Shown here: positions 19,064-31,279 of the stretch, piece after piece
Numbering within the stretch: position 1 is the first letter of the stretch
Layout of the letters: each line of letters starts with the position of its first letter
Origin: an uncultured Acidobacteriota bacterium
GTDB taxonomy: Bacteria > Acidobacteriota > Thermoanaerobaculia > Gp7-AA8 > JAHWKK01
Assembly (NCBI GenBank): GCA_963829355.1
Contig: CAWHHZ010000008.1
Span: 296,236 to 360,235, forward strand
DNA length: 64,000 nucleotides
Reading direction: 5' to 3'
Translations under genes and position numbers: made by a program
Notes under the pieces: generated by a model
What the model was told of the DNA's origin: nothing
The model's input: the letters and a program-made list of their open reading frames with translations, nothing else
Database searches by the model: none

Positions 19064-20635
19064 TCACGGGAATGTGATCCAGAAATCGTCATCGCTGTAA
19101 CGAATCAGCCGTGGCTCCCCGGGATCGGACGGCCGGCATGGTTCCGGATTCACGGCGTTCCGAACCTCCTCGAACCGCTCCCAGCTCGTCTTGAAGGACT
19201 TCTTATTGCGTTTAGGCAACGATTTGAAGTCTTTTGAACCGATGACCTCTTCATGGGCGTCCGCGTGCATCTCATAGACACCACATCTGCGCATCCAACG
19301 CGCGAACCCGTACTGGTATGAGAAGAGCGGAGCAATCTGCCGGGGACGTGCAAGCGTGAGCCGATTGACGGTGGACCTCGACGATCTCCACATCGTGTCA
19401 GGGACCACACTTTGAAGTGGATGCTCGAGCAGCCACTCCCGATCCTGGCCAAAATCATAAGTTCCTACGATGGCATAGTGTCCTGCTTGATGATCGAACC
19501 CTGACCCCGAAAGTACCGGCCGCAATACCATACCCAAAGCAGTCACCCACAGAAGTACATATGCGAGGACAGGACGTGACAACGCGGGAGCGTTGCACAG
19601 CGAGTCCGTCACGGTCTTCACCAGCCAGGTAACAGCGATGCCGACCAACAGCGTTCCCTCGTAACCTTCGAGTGAGCGAAGATCGAGTCTTGCTCCGGCG
19701 AGCAGATTGAGATTCGAGATGATCAGAGCACCGGCAGTCGCAGAGGCAAACACCATTCGTTCGGCGCGAAGAAGTTGCCGACGTCTCAACAGCCCGACGA
19801 TCTCCAGGATTGCCCACGAGACTCCGATGCAAACTGCGACGAATGACAGACGCGGCACATCCTCGGCGTACACGACATTCTCTCTCCAGACAGGCCATCT
19901 CGCTGCGACGATGCGAAAGCCCAGAGATACGAAGCCGACATAGAGAACAGCGGTGAGGCTTAGAATCGCAACGATCGACCGCTTGATGCGGGGTAGCCGC
20001 GATACCTCGTACGCAAACAACCCAAAAACGCACCACGCCCCAGTTGTCCAGTACAGCAGGGGCACAACGAGCCAGAACGATCGGGGGGAACGTCCGCGTG
20101 CGACCGCGACGGCTGTCAGGGATATCAGTAACCAACTCAGCTGAGGCTGTGGCGTCCTGAGGAGTGGAAGAAAGTTGTGTTGTGGCGCCACGATCCAGTC
20201 CGAGTTCAACCACGCACTCTCCGCCAGCAACTGGTTCGAAAAATTGACCGCCGGACCGAAGAAGATCGCAATGACAGAAAGGATGTAGGCGGCGACTCGG
20301 GACACGCCCAGTCGCTTCAGCACTTCTGCGACTGACAACCACATCAGGAAAGGGATCACGGAATCGAACAGGACATTCTGGGCTGCCCCGGAAAGGCCAG
20401 CGCCATGAAGAATCAGCACGATCCAGGAGGAGAACCAATATCCCGGGCGAAACTTTTGAACCCCCGCCCCCTGAAACGAGAGATAGGTGATCTCGTCCGA
20501 CGCATTGGTGTAGACGAAAGGATCCGTGCGCAAGTAGTTGACGACGGCAGGTATGCTGTACGCTGCGACGCAAATTCCAAAAAGGACGAGGCCCGGGATC
20601 AAAGCCGCGAAGCGCTTGCTCGAGGTCTCGCTCAT
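19064..20635 (-). CDS. Polytopic membrane protein, probable GT-C-type periplasmic glycosyltransferase
   Basis: About 11-12 hydrophobic segments, SDEITY acidic motif in the first external loop, soluble C-terminal domain. Confidence 0.5.
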   Translation of the reverse strand: MSETSSKRFAALIPGLVLFGICVAAYSIPAVVNYLRTDPFVYTNASDEITYLSFQGAGVQKFRPGYWFSSWIVLILHGAGLSGAAQNVLFDSVIPFLMWLSVAEVLKRLGVSRVAAYILSVIAIFFGPAVNFSNQLLAESAWLNSDWIVAPQHNFLPLLRTPQPQLSWLLISLTAVAVARGRSPRSFWLVVPLLYWTTGAWCVFGLFAYEVSRLPRIKRSIVAILSLTAVLYVGFVSLGFRIVAARWPVWRENVVYAEDVPRLSFVAVCIGVSWAILEIVGLLRRRQLLRAERMVFASATAGALIISNLNLLAGARLDLRSLEGYEGTLLVGIAVTWLVKTVTDSLCNAPALSRPVLAYVLLWVTALGMVLRPVLSGSGFDHQAGHYAIVGTYDFGQDREWLLEHPLQSVVPDTMWRSSRSTVNRLTLARPRQIAPLFSYQYGFARWMRRCGVYEMHADAHEEVIGSKDFKSLPKRNKKSFKTSWERFEEVRNAVNPEPCRPSDPGEPRLIRYSDDDFWITFP

Positions 20636-20756
20636 ACGCTACCGTGACCGCCGGAAGCCTCATATTCAAGACTCCGACCACTACCGCTTCTTTCTATCTT
20701 CGCAACCATCCTAATGAGATTGAACATCATAGAGCCGGCGGTCACGTCACGCAAAG

Positions 20757-21752
20757 ATGAATGAGCATCCACATCAGGCAGGGCTCATCTGGGCGATTAC
20801 AGGCGCCTCGGGCTTTGTGGGTACCAACCTCTCTCAGCATCTCGGAAGGCATCAAGTCCCTCTCCGACTGCTCGTGAGGACGACTCGACCGGTTGGAGTC
20901 GAAGCCACGACTGTCGAGGGCGACCTTGCCAGCCGCGCCGCGCTCTCATTATTGACGCGAGACGCCGATGTAGTTGTTCATGCCGCCGCGTACGTCCACC
21001 GACCGACTCCTTCGCACAGCGAGCAGGAGGCCTGCTGGCAGACGAACGTGGAGGGAACCCGTCACCTGCTCGACGCGATCGCGGACAATGGACGAGATTC
21101 CTTCGTCATCTTCATCAGCACCGTCAACGTGTACAAACCCGACGACGGTCCACTCAGGGAAGGATCAGTACTGGGGCCGAATTCTGTTTACGGATCGACG
21201 AAGCTCGAAGCAGAGAAACTTATTCTCTCCGCCTGCAAACAGGGTCGAATTCGGGCTGCAATCCTCCGCCCCTCTGTCATCATCGGCCCGGGAGCCCCGG
21301 GCAATGTCGGGCGACTGATCAGCATGGCGAAACGAAAGGTGTTCCTGCAGGTCGCCGGCAAAGAGGTCCGTAAATCACTGCTTCCCGTCGAAAACCTGAT
21401 CGCCGCTATCGAGGCCGTCGCTGCAGAACAGCCATCCGGTGGCATCTTCAATGTCGCCGGAGGCGATCCAATGTCGCTCTCCGAGATCCGGCAGACCCTC
21501 TCCGAAACACTCCGTACGAGACTCCTCACCATCCCCTTGCCCTTCCTGCTGCTTCGTCTGATGGAGCCGGTCTTCCGGGTCGCAGGTCCCGTCCTGCCGA
21601 CCGCGGGCCGGCTGAGAGACCAGATCCTGACCTACGCGAGACCGGTCATCGTCGACGACACGAAGCTGAGAACGGAGATCCCGTACAGCGATGAGATCAC
21701 TCCTCGGGACGCCCTGAGGCGACAGATCATCAGCGCGGTGGAGCAATCGTGA
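20757..21752 (+). CDS. NAD-dependent epimerase/dehydratase (extended SDR)
   Basis: TGASGFVG, HAAAYVH, NVEGT, YGSTK (YxxxK). Confidence 0.88.
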   Translation: MNEHPHQAGLIWAITGASGFVGTNLSQHLGRHQVPLRLLVRTTRPVGVEATTVEGDLASRAALSLLTRDADVVVHAAAYVHRPTPSHSEQEACWQTNVEGTRHLLDAIADNGRDSFVIFISTVNVYKPDDGPLREGSVLGPNSVYGSTKLEAEKLILSACKQGRIRAAILRPSVIIGPGAPGNVGRLISMAKRKVFLQVAGKEVRKSLLPVENLIAAIEAVAAEQPSGGIFNVAGGDPMSLSEIRQTLSETLRTRLLTIPLPFLLLRLMEPVFRVAGPVLPTAGRLRDQILTYARPVIVDDTKLRTEIPYSDEITPRDALRRQIISAVEQS

Positions 21753-21755
21753 ATC

Positions 21756-22994
21756 TCACCAGGTGACTTCGGGTAGCTCGCTCCCGCTGGCGACCGCCTC
21801 GAGGATTCGCTCGGTACGATCAGCGATCCGATCCCGATCGAATCGAGCCGCGAGCGCGAACCCGCGAGCTCTCATCGCTTTCAGATCCTCCGACGATGCA
21901 ATCATCACGATTGCGTCAGCCAGTGACCTCCCATCTTGCGGCTCGTAGGCGGCACCACAACGATTCTCCTCGACCAGCGTTTCCGCCTCACACCCTCGTG
22001 TCACGATCGGAGGAGCTCCCGCAGCCAGAGCTTCATAGATCTTGGATGGCATCGTCCCGGGAAGTCGGTGGCTCAGAGGAGCAAGCATTGCGTCACACGA
22101 TGCAACGATCGATCTGATCTCCCTCCGCGGACGTCCCTCAAAGAATGCAACGTTCGTCAGCCCTCGCCGCTCCGCATCCCTCTGTAAAGCCTCCTTCACC
22201 GGTCCCTCGCCCATCATCACGATCCGGACACGCGAGTTGTCGAGCAGGCGTTCCGCGGCATCCAGCACGGCCTCGAGACCCTGAGCCATCCCATGCAGAC
22301 CGCAGTAGCCAACGAGGAACGTCTCGTCAACGGCACCGAGCTCCCGACGGACATCCTCGCTTCGCAGATCGGGCGAGAAGAATTGCGTATCGACACCATT
22401 GCTGATCACCGTGACCGCCACCCGCGGGAACCGCTCGCGCACCTGCTCCATCGCTCCGGGATTCGTCAGCGCTACCGCCTCGGAATGCTCGTACGCCCAC
22501 CGTTCGAGCCAGAGCATCCCCTTCAGCTTTACCCCTCCGCTGATTCTTCCCATACGGACCAGGATATCGGGCCAGATGTCGGAGACCATCAACACCATGG
22601 GAGCTTTCAGAAGCTTGCTCAGGAATCTTCCCGACGGTGCGATGAACGGCGGCGACCCCTCCAGAAGGATCACGCCCGGCTTCATCAACCCCCACCGGCC
22701 GAACAGCAGGACCGAAACGGCAAACGAAATAAAGCTCAGCAGCCGTGGAAGCGTTCGAGTCGACTTTGAGGGATAGATCGGTATCCGAATCACCCGGACG
22801 CCGTCGATCTCCTCTTTCATCCTGATCCGACCTCGGTAACCCTCGAAGATCCGGCCGGTCGGGTAGTTGGGCATCGCGGTGAGCACCGTGAGATCGTGTC
22901 CCTTCTTCAGAAACCGGACGGCCATCTCGTGCAGCCGCGCCTGCGGCGCGCCGTACTCCGGAGGGTAATACTGCGTGATGATCAGAATCTTCAT
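21756..22994 (-). CDS. GT4 glycosyltransferase (WbuB-like)
   Basis: MKILIITQYYPPE, PNYPTG, DIWPD, HGMAQGL, MPSKIYEALAAG. Confidence 0.9.
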   Translation of the reverse strand: MKILIITQYYPPEYGAPQARLHEMAVRFLKKGHDLTVLTAMPNYPTGRIFEGYRGRIRMKEEIDGVRVIRIPIYPSKSTRTLPRLLSFISFAVSVLLFGRWGLMKPGVILLEGSPPFIAPSGRFLSKLLKAPMVLMVSDIWPDILVRMGRISGGVKLKGMLWLERWAYEHSEAVALTNPGAMEQVRERFPRVAVTVISNGVDTQFFSPDLRSEDVRRELGAVDETFLVGYCGLHGMAQGLEAVLDAAERLLDNSRVRIVMMGEGPVKEALQRDAERRGLTNVAFFEGRPRREIRSIVASCDAMLAPLSHRLPGTMPSKIYEALAAGAPPIVTRGCEAETLVEENRCGAAYEPQDGRSLADAIVMIASSEDLKAMRARGFALAARFDRDRIADRTERILEAVASGSELPEVTW

Positions 22995-23030
22995 CGTCCT
23001 CTCCGTCGGCTGGTCATTCGATTGAACCCT

Positions 23031-24640
23031 CTACCATTCGAACGTCATCCGGGAGTCATCATCGAACCTAACGGCAATCCCCGCGGCCGGTACCTCCCGC
23101 CCGAACTCGGGATGGTACGAGCCCTCGAACAGCTCGACCCTTCGGTCATGGCGCCACCGGACAGCTCCCCGCAGGCCTTCGATGACTCCATCTCCTCCAC
23201 CATTGATCTTCAAACTCATTCCCGGATGGACGTGGAAGCGGGCCACCGCAGAAGCCGACCCGCCCACACTGTCGCGGACGATCAACCGGCCTGCCGAGAG
23301 AGACCATTTGCGGGTATGAACCGCAGGAGAGGCCAGGCGAGTATAGCCGTCGTGGCTGCACGCAACCTTCATCTCCCCCGGTGACACCTCGAGCCCGAAG
23401 GGGTATGCGCGCCGCGCGACCCGGAAAGCACTCCAGACCTCCGAAGAGTCGTGACCGTCGATCGACACGGTGTTGTGGGCGGCGGTTCCCCTCTGCCGCA
23501 GGCGCTCCGCTCCGGCGCTGTAGGTCGACGTCCCGCTATTGACGAGTATCCGCTGCGAACCGATCGAGAACTCGAATGAAAGTGTGTCGGCGTGGCCGTG
23601 TCCCGGAAGGTAATCCGGCCCGATCGGGGCAACGTCAATAATTAACACCGCCTCCCCAGCCTGCATCCGGATATATCCGCTCTGCTCGAGATGATACGAG
23701 CCCATCCCCGGGCGACTGACGCCTGGACTCATGCCGAGCCGGCCTGGTAGGCATCGAGCTCGTCGGTCGTCGGCGCGACGCCGAACGCGGCGTCATTGAA
23801 AAAGGAGATCTTACCGTCGGGATGGCTCATCACGCGGAGCCAGCGCGACATTCGCGCGATCACCGCCTCCAGCGAAAGTGTCGTCCCGTACGTCCGTGGA
23901 CAGATTCTCGAGATCGAGCAGATCCTCGAGAATGATCGCGTGGTACATCGGGCTTCGCTCGAAGTGCCCCCCGTCCGGCAGCACCTGTTCGGGAAGCTCG
24001 CTGTCGAGAATCGTGCGCCCCCGGTACAGCCAGCGCTGCGCATCCGGTCCTTCGAAAAAGAACCCTGCGAAGACGAGCGCCTTGGCATTCGCCAGGAGAT
24101 GATTGCCGAGCAGGTGAAACTCGAGACGCCGTTCGAGGACCCGGACCTGATCGGCGAGGCTGTCAAGCCACTCCGGCTCCGGCGACGCCCCGGCGAGGAA
24201 CCATTTGATCCAGTTGACCACGCGAAGAGAAATTGGATACGGCTCCCAACCCGTACCAGTGGCCGCAGGGTTCTCAGCAATCCAGCGCTGGACGAGCGCC
24301 CTGTGCCACGACTCCTCTCTCGGCCGCGTCGCTCGCGCACAAGATCATCGAAATAGTGAAGGTTGTAGCGCCACAATGGCGCTCCAGTCGTCACGATTCC
24401 AGTCGTCTCTCGTTCGGACAACCTCGACACGGTTCAGGAATCGGAACTGATCTGGCCCGGTCATTCGAGGGTCTTTCGCCACGGGCTCGACCCATTCCCG
24501 CCTGCTCTCCTCCTCCTCGGGGCAGGAGAGAATTGATGCCTCCCCCACTCGAGCTGCCGGACCACACGACCACTGATCTGTTCCGGCCGCAAGTGGCGGA
24601 CGTGTTCCAGACCAGCAGTGGCCTCTTTCAGTGGATTCAC
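23031..24640 (-). CDS. Heparinase II/III-family protein, paralog 1 (several frameshifts)
   Basis: Fragments LWRYNLHYFD, LEFHLLGNHLLANAKAL, EQVLPDGGHFERSPMYH, HPDGKISFFND and GHGHADTLSFE...AHNTV are spread over several frames. Confidence 0.8.
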
Positions 24641-26780
24641 AGCTCTCGGGCGATCTCTATGGTCCTGCGACTGACCTCGAACAGCTCCTCAGCCGGAATC
24701 GGCGGAACACCGTCACCACTGACCGCGCCGATGAACGCGGCAGCGCATGCATCCTGACCCTTGTCCTGCTTCCAGAGGTTCATCGACCGGAAGCCCGGCC
24801 ACCCGAAACCACGAAGCTTCCGAAAGTTGTCGAGCTGCAGTACTCGGCCGGAGGTAAATACTTCGAGCCTCTCCTTTGGAAACGATTTGTGGCCGTTGGC
24901 GAAGTAATGAACAGTTCCGATCGAACCGTCCGCAAAGCTGAGCGAGATCGTGACGTTATCGGCAGATCATCCCCCCCGGACCGGCCGGTCGCGACGTCGA
25001 AATCTCGGATCGTCGCACCCGCGAGATATCGCAGCAGATCGATGAAATGGCACGCCTCGCCAATGACCCGTCCCTCCACCGATCGCCGGATCCTGCGTCC
25101 AGTGGCTCGAGGGGATCTCGCCGGCGTTGACCGTCATCACGAATGCTTTCGGTCCGGAAGCGCGTGGCGAGGAGCTCTCGGACCTTCACGACGTGCGGAG
25201 CGAATCTGCGGTTGAAGCCAACCATCAGGAGCGGAGGCCTGGCACCCGAGGCGACCCTGCGCTCATGCTCGTCTCGATACGACTTGCTCGAGATGCTCGA
25301 GCTCATCGAGTGTTAGTGGCGAGCGGTTTCTCGACGAACACATCCTTACCGGACTGGAGCACGCGGGCGGCCAGCATGGCGTGACTGTCATGACGCGTCG
25401 CGATCACGACTGCATCGACATCGGCTTCCGAGAGCACTGAATCGATGTCGGTCGTAACCCGCTGAAAGCCGTGCTTCCGTCCGTAATGCGCGACACCGAC
25501 CCCGCTGGTCGCGCTGACGGCCGCCAGAGTTGCGCCACTCTTTCGAAACGCCGGGATCAGAATGCGACCGGCGTAGTTTCCAGCGCCGATGAAACTCACC
25601 ACGGCTCCGTCTCGCGGGGTTGCCGGTGCGGTCTGCAAAGCCCGCGTGCGCTCCGTCACGGGGTCCGCATCGTCCCCATAGACCAGCAGAGTGCCGAGAC
25701 CGGCCGTACCAGCCGAAAGCCGTTCGTAGGCCTTCGGGGCTTCCAGGATCGAAACCCTCTGGCTGATCAACGGCTTGACATCGATCAGACCTCGCGCCAT
25801 CAGATCGAGAACGGCTTCGAAGTTTCGTTGCTCCGTCCACCGAACGAACGGAAGTGGATAGTCATGCCCCCCCTCCTCGTATTCTGGATCGTACCGGCCG
25901 GGACCGTAAGAGCAGGAGACCTGGAAGGTGAGCTCCTTCTCGTAGAAGTCTGCCCGGGACAGCTCGAGCCCAGTGACGCCCACCAGAACGATTCGTCCGC
26001 GCTTGCGAGACATCTTCGCCGCCTGCGAGACCGGTTCGCTGCTGCTGGTTGCCGCGGTCAGCAGCACACCGTCGACGCCGCGACCGTCGGTGAACGCGAG
26101 AGCTGCTGCGACTGGATCCTCTCCTTTCGCGAGGTTGACCGTCATGGCTCCGAACTGCTCGGCGAGCTCGAGCTTCGCCTCGTCGAAATCGATGCCGATG
26201 ACCCGGCAACCGTTTGCCCGGAGAATCTGGACGGCGAGGAGTCCGATCAGCCCGAGCCCGGTGACGGCAATCGTCTCTCCGAGGGTCGGGTGCAATCAGC
26301 CGGATTCCCTGCAATGCGATAGAGGCCACGACGGTGAAGGCGGCGCTGTCGTCATCAACCGCGTCGGGAACCTTTGCGCAGAGGTGTTTCGGCACTGCCA
26401 CGATCTCCGCATGCGGACCATTCGACACGACCCGATCGCCGGGGGCGAATCCTTCCACGCCCGTCCCGGCCTCGGAGACGACACCGACATTGCTGTACCC
26501 GAGAGGGAGAGGCTGGCCGAGCTTGTGCCGGACGGCGTCCACGGTCGTCGCAAGGCCATCGGTGCGCACCTTCTGGAGAACTTCTCTCACCTTGTCCGGC
26601 TGCTGCCGTGCCTTGCCGATGAATCCCAGCCTTGCCGAAATCGACGAGCATTCGCTCTGTCCCGGCCGAGAGAAGCGAGCGGCGCGTCCTGATCAGCAAC
26701 CTCCCCCGTCCTGCCTGCGGAGCCGGCACATCAGCCAGTTCGGTCTCTCCCGAGCTCAGGTTCTGCAATACCTGCTTCAT
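24637..26780 (-). CDS. Bi-domain oxidoreductase (Zn-ADH-like + Gfo/Idh/MocA), paralog 1 (several frameshifts)
   Basis: MKQVLQN...SAGTE, PLGYS...HAE, GLGLIG, FYEKEL..QVSCSYGPGRYD, ATRHDSHA..VFVEKPL, VGFNRRF, GEACHFID. Confidence 0.85.
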
Positions 26781-27996
26781 GACTGCCTCGTTCCTGCTTC
26801 TATTCTTGTTTGGGCCGGGCGGCTTCGAGTCGCCATCAGCGAGCGGTACATCTCAATAAGTGCTCTGGCCTCCGACTCCCAGTTGTAGCGATCGAGTACA
26901 GCCTTCCTTCCGTCCTGCCCCATCTTTTCACGAAGCTCCTGATCTTCGGCCAGCCGGTCGAGCGCCTCGGCGATCTTCCGCGGTTCGGTCGTGTCGACGA
27001 GAATTCCACATCTGGCGTCTTCGACGATTTCAGCCACTTCTATCGCGAAATCCGGAGCGATCACTGGAAGGCCTGCGAGCATGTAATCGAAGAGCTTGTG
27101 AGGTAGCGCGTTGATGAAGTTGTCGTGCACCGGCTGGAACACCACCAAGCCGATATCGGACGAAGCAGCAATTTTCCGCACTTCGTCGTACGGCACCCAT
27201 GGAGTGAACTCCACACGATCGCTCAACCCCAGTGCCTTCACCTCGTCCAGAAAATCCGCTTCACTACCGTCTCCAAACTGACCCACAACTCGGACGCGCA
27301 GGTGTTGGTTTTGACTGAGCGTCATGGCTTGCAGCAACTCAGGCCAGCCACGCGCGCGATTGATGGCGCCGAGGTGCAGAGCTGTAACGGACGCCCCGGA
27401 GGGTTTGTCCACACACACTGGATCGAAACCGGCAACCTCGACGTAGTTTCGAACGAGGGTTATCTTGTCGAGTTTGGGGGGAAAGTCCTTTCGGACAGAT
27501 CCTTTGGCAAAAACCAGAGCGTCAGTGAAACGCGTCAGCATTCTCATGTAAAGCCTTACAACGGTCCGAACAAACGGCTGAAATACCGGGGGCACGAGCC
27601 GTTCGGCTACATTCGTCGAATACACCTCATGGACGTCGAAGACGACTCCTCCGGCGACCTTCCACGCAGCCAGGACTCCAACCGCCCACGACTCGAGCTC
27701 GTTACAGTGATACACGTCCGCGTCCTGGGCGACCGCCAGCCGGTACAGCAGGACGAGTTGTCTGATCCGTCCCCAGAGACTCCGCCTGCCGGTGAACGGC
27801 ACGATTTCACTCCATCCAACTCACGAGGACCGCCCGGCCCGGGTGCGACGTGTGTGACTTTGAAGCCGGCATTGACGAGGCTTCTCGCCTCCTTGTAGTG
27901 CACCCGCTTGTCATCCGGGGGATGAAGCGATGACACGAAGCAGATATGGCGGAGCGATTCGGCAGCAGGGGTATCGCTGCTCTCACCGGACGTCAT
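26777..27996 (-). CDS. GT4 glycosyltransferase, frameshift at ~27800
   Basis: N-part HPPDDKRVHYKEARSL; C-part FDVHE...LPHKLFDYMLAGLPVI. Confidence 0.85.
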
Positions 27997-28969
27997 ATCC
28001 CAGCCTCCGCACGATATCTTCCCCGTGGTGGTTGACGCGCTCGATGGTCCATGCGTCGATATCCCTCTCGTAACGGTCGTTGACGTTTTTCCGTATCGGA
28101 TACCACCGGTCGCGGAACCTGCTCCCGAGAGGCAACCGGTGATGAGCGGCCGGAAGCAAATCCTCACGAAAATCGAGCCCGACGAAATCACATACCCCCC
28201 GCAGCTCTACCTCAGGATTCTCGATGAGATCCTCGAAGCGCACGACCTTCAGAGGGAGAGAGAGCGAGTCGGCATCCTCCAGCGTCGCGCGCATCGTGTT
28301 AGCGTAGTGTTCCGCACAGATGTCGATTCGCTCCTTGTAACTGATCGTGTCCTGCAGGCGTCGCATGTCTCCAGCCTTGCCCGTAGCGGCACGATACACG
28401 GACACATAAGGCTCTCTCGGTACGAGGATGAAGTGAGGGCAATACTCCTTAAGGAGCGCCCAAATCAAACCCACGCGAACACTAAACGACTGACTCTTGT
28501 CAACGAATCGGATGGTTTGATCGGCGCCGCCGAACCTGGATACACTATACCGAATCACGCGCTCCAACGACTGCTTCAACTCAGCAGTCGCATCTTCCGG
28601 GGTCTTCCTGTAATGAGGCAAGAGGTCCCGCGCTGCGAACGTCCAACTCCGGGGGGCCGTCAATATCTCGTGAGAGGGAGCTTTATAGCGGAGACCCGTC
28701 AACGCGGCAGGCAATACTGGTCCATAAACGTTCTGAAGCTCATCGGCAGCCGACCAGTAGTTGCTCCCCCCGGCCGGCCCTACGACGGAGGGATGCCGAT
28801 GTAACATTCTCGACAGCAGTGTGAGCCCGCCCCCCTGCGTCCCCAGCAGGAACACCGGTCGCGTTATGTGACAGTGCCGGTTGGCTCGATAGAAGCGAGG
28901 ATCAATGATCCATGACATCATCCTCAACGCGTAAAGACCTCGCTCGGCGCGCTCCATTGATACCCTCAT
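27983..28969 (-). CDS. Sulfotransferase-family protein (atypical PSB loop)
   Basis: PVFLLGTQGGGLTLLSRML, FVDKS, VPREPY, VRFEDLIENP...CDFVGL. Confidence 0.72.
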   Translation of the reverse strand: MRVSMERAERGLYALRMMSWIIDPRFYRANRHCHITRPVFLLGTQGGGLTLLSRMLHRHPSVVGPAGGSNYWSAADELQNVYGPVLPAALTGLRYKAPSHEILTAPRSWTFAARDLLPHYRKTPEDATAELKQSLERVIRYSVSRFGGADQTIRFVDKSQSFSVRVGLIWALLKEYCPHFILVPREPYVSVYRAATGKAGDMRRLQDTISYKERIDICAEHYANTMRATLEDADSLSLPLKVVRFEDLIENPEVELRGVCDFVGLDFREDLLPAAHHRLPLGSRFRDRWYPIRKNVNDRYERDIDAWTIERVNHHGEDIVRRLGYDVR

Positions 28970-29035
28970 GATCTCACCATCCCGACATCAGGTATCCCTT
29001 GCGTCACGGTCACGACAATGTGTACCGCTAAATGC

Positions 29036-29888
29036 CTATCGATCACGATCATAACCCAGTAGTTCCGCCGCCTCGCCCACTCCACCAAACACTGTACCCC
29101 ACGTCGTTGAGTCGAAATGGCCACGCCACTGACCGACAACGCCTTTTCTAAAGGTCCTACCCATCCCGTACATCCCCTCCGAGACAGCGGCGAGTTCGGA
29201 AGTACTCATTTGCAAGCCGATATGCTGCGCCAACGCCTCTAATACACCTCGCTGTGTTGTTTCATCTCCGCCCCCTAAGGGGCCCACCAAGTCTTCAAAC
29301 CTGATCGCGAGCACCTCCGAACGCATCAACCAACCGTTCATCAACAGAGCCTGATCTTTGATTCCCAAGAAGTGCTCCCCCTCATCTGTTAGCCCGCCCT
29401 CCGCCATAGCCAGTACTTGTTTTCCGAAATCCGCGATACGAACCATAGTTTGGTGCATGAAGTGGTCAGGACGCCTCAATGCATGATGCACTGAAGACAG
29501 CACAACATCCCTCGGGTCACGCACAATGACGATCACCCGGACACCAAGCCGGCTCGCGGCCTCCGCCAACCGAACATCAAAAGGCAAGTGTGACAAAGCA
29601 TAGCGACCCCCGAGGAATCAACCGCAGTGCCATCACGAGGCCCCGGATTTTTACACGTTTTGGACGAGCTACCCCGGCGTAGCATGTCTCGGACTCAAAA
29701 AAGACCAAGCGATTGAGAGGATGTCCTCTGAAACGAGCATTCAGCGAAAGTCCCCGGATCTCCCTGAGACCCGGCAAAAGGCGTAAAGCGCTTTCTACCA
29801 GATTCGTTCCCGATTTGGGAATGCTGGTGACCAATATCGGGGCAATACGACGGGCGCTAGGCCTCCTAACAATGGACGCGGTTCTCAT
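29036..29888 (-). CDS. Sulfotransferase domain protein, frameshift at ~29590
   Basis: SIPKSGTNL (29577-29888), then SHL, VRDPRDVVLS, RFEDL, TFRKGVVGQW (29036-29596). Confidence 0.85.
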
Positions 29889-31168
29889 AGCGATTGTCCA
29901 GGCCCGGAGGGTTTACGTGTCTGTATTCGACGCCGATTGGGACACCGCCGCCTTACCTGAACGTTAGCTGCGAACAGAAATAGTACAGCGAAGAAGGTCG
30001 CCGAGTCAGCCATATTGGTCCAGAAGTGATTCGTAACGAGCGCTTTCGACGTTACTATCAAGAAGATCGCAACGGCCGCCCAAAATAGTCCTCTATCCCG
30101 ACCTTGAGAGAAATAAGTGAGACACGGCGGACCCATGCGAGCGATCCAAGCCATCCACCCCAGGAGGGCGAATAGAACACCGTACGCTAGCGTCATGTCG
30201 AGAATAACATTATGCGTCCCAATCTCCCTGACATCATCATTGCGAATCACTTCGACTTGCTGCGGCGCACCGTAACCTACAATCACGCGACCGAGACCTT
30301 CAGCGCGAATTTCTTGAATCGCAGTCTGCCAGATACCACTTCGGCCAGAGGAAACATCTTCTCTTGCCATAATATAGGGTCTATAAAACGCTTCATTAAG
30401 ACGCACGGCAATGCCGACCGTCGCGATCGCCAGTACTCCCACCGCGAGAAGGGTCCTGAACCGGCGTGTATACACTAAGTGACCCACTGCTAGTCCAACC
30501 AGTAGCCCAGCGGCAGATCGTGAGCCCGACAGAAGAACGGCTATCACGAAGACAGCAGTGATCAAGGGTGATCGCCTACGAAACGCGCTCACCACCACCG
30601 CAATCAACTGGTAGTATCCAAACACGCCCCCTTTCAAGGGGAACCCCAGACGATGAATCGCACCTTCACTACCCAGGAAATAGACGAGCGAGGTCACCAA
30701 CAGAGCTCCTGACAATACAAGGTAAGCGTCACACGCGCCCTGCAACATGGCCGGGGTGAACAGGAATTTATTGGCAAGCAACGGTAGTACGCACAGCACA
30801 AATGCGATATGCACAGCCAGCAGTAATCCGTATGCGATATCCTCCATCGGAACTGCATTCACGACTAACGATATCGCTATAATACAGATCATCAGCGCGG
30901 CCAAGCCGACACCGCTACCGTACCTGACCTGATTTGGTATACCGTTCGACGGAAACCAAAGGAGAAGAAACGACGACACTGAATACGTGATTACCAGAGA
31001 GATGACCCGCGCAACTGACACCAGACTACTCGGAGGCTCGATAATTTGGCTCACCGTGGTAATTATGATGGGCCAAGGGCACAGCAACAGAAACAGCAGG
31101 AACCCGATCCTCCGCCCACTACTCCGGGTCGAAGCCCTGAACCGGCGACGGATGGTCGCTTCACTCAT
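29885..31168 (-). CDS. wzy: O-antigen polymerase Wzy (Wzy_C family)
   Basis: About 10 TMs, LLSGSRS, SSGRSGIW, GYG, THNVILD. Directly downstream of wzx. Confidence 0.65.
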   Translation of the reverse strand: MSEATIRRRFRASTRSSGRRIGFLLFLLLCPWPIIITTVSQIIEPPSSLVSVARVISLVITYSVSSFLLLWFPSNGIPNQVRYGSGVGLAALMICIIAISLVVNAVPMEDIAYGLLLAVHIAFVLCVLPLLANKFLFTPAMLQGACDAYLVLSGALLVTSLVYFLGSEGAIHRLGFPLKGGVFGYYQLIAVVVSAFRRRSPLITAVFVIAVLLSGSRSAAGLLVGLAVGHLVYTRRFRTLLAVGVLAIATVGIAVRLNEAFYRPYIMAREDVSSGRSGIWQTAIQEIRAEGLGRVIVGYGAPQQVEVIRNDDVREIGTHNVILDMTLAYGVLFALLGWMAWIARMGPPCLTYFSQGRDRGLFWAAVAIFLIVTSKALVTNHFWTNMADSATFFAVLFLFAANVQVRRRCPNRRRIQTRKPSGPGQSL

Positions 31169-31279
31169 ACAATCACCATAAGTTGTCGGATTCGGAGCGA
31201 TTGAGCCCGGAGATACCCCGGCGTCTCGCTTCGCCCTGATAAGAGTCCGTGCAGCCCTGCGCACTTGCCTGTACTAATC

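Noticed and set aside
20636-20690. ops/JUMPstart-like GCGGTAG sequences upstream of 19064-20635
   Set aside because: Only partial matches to GGCGGTAGCGTG, no JUMPstart stem, and not at the head of the long operon.
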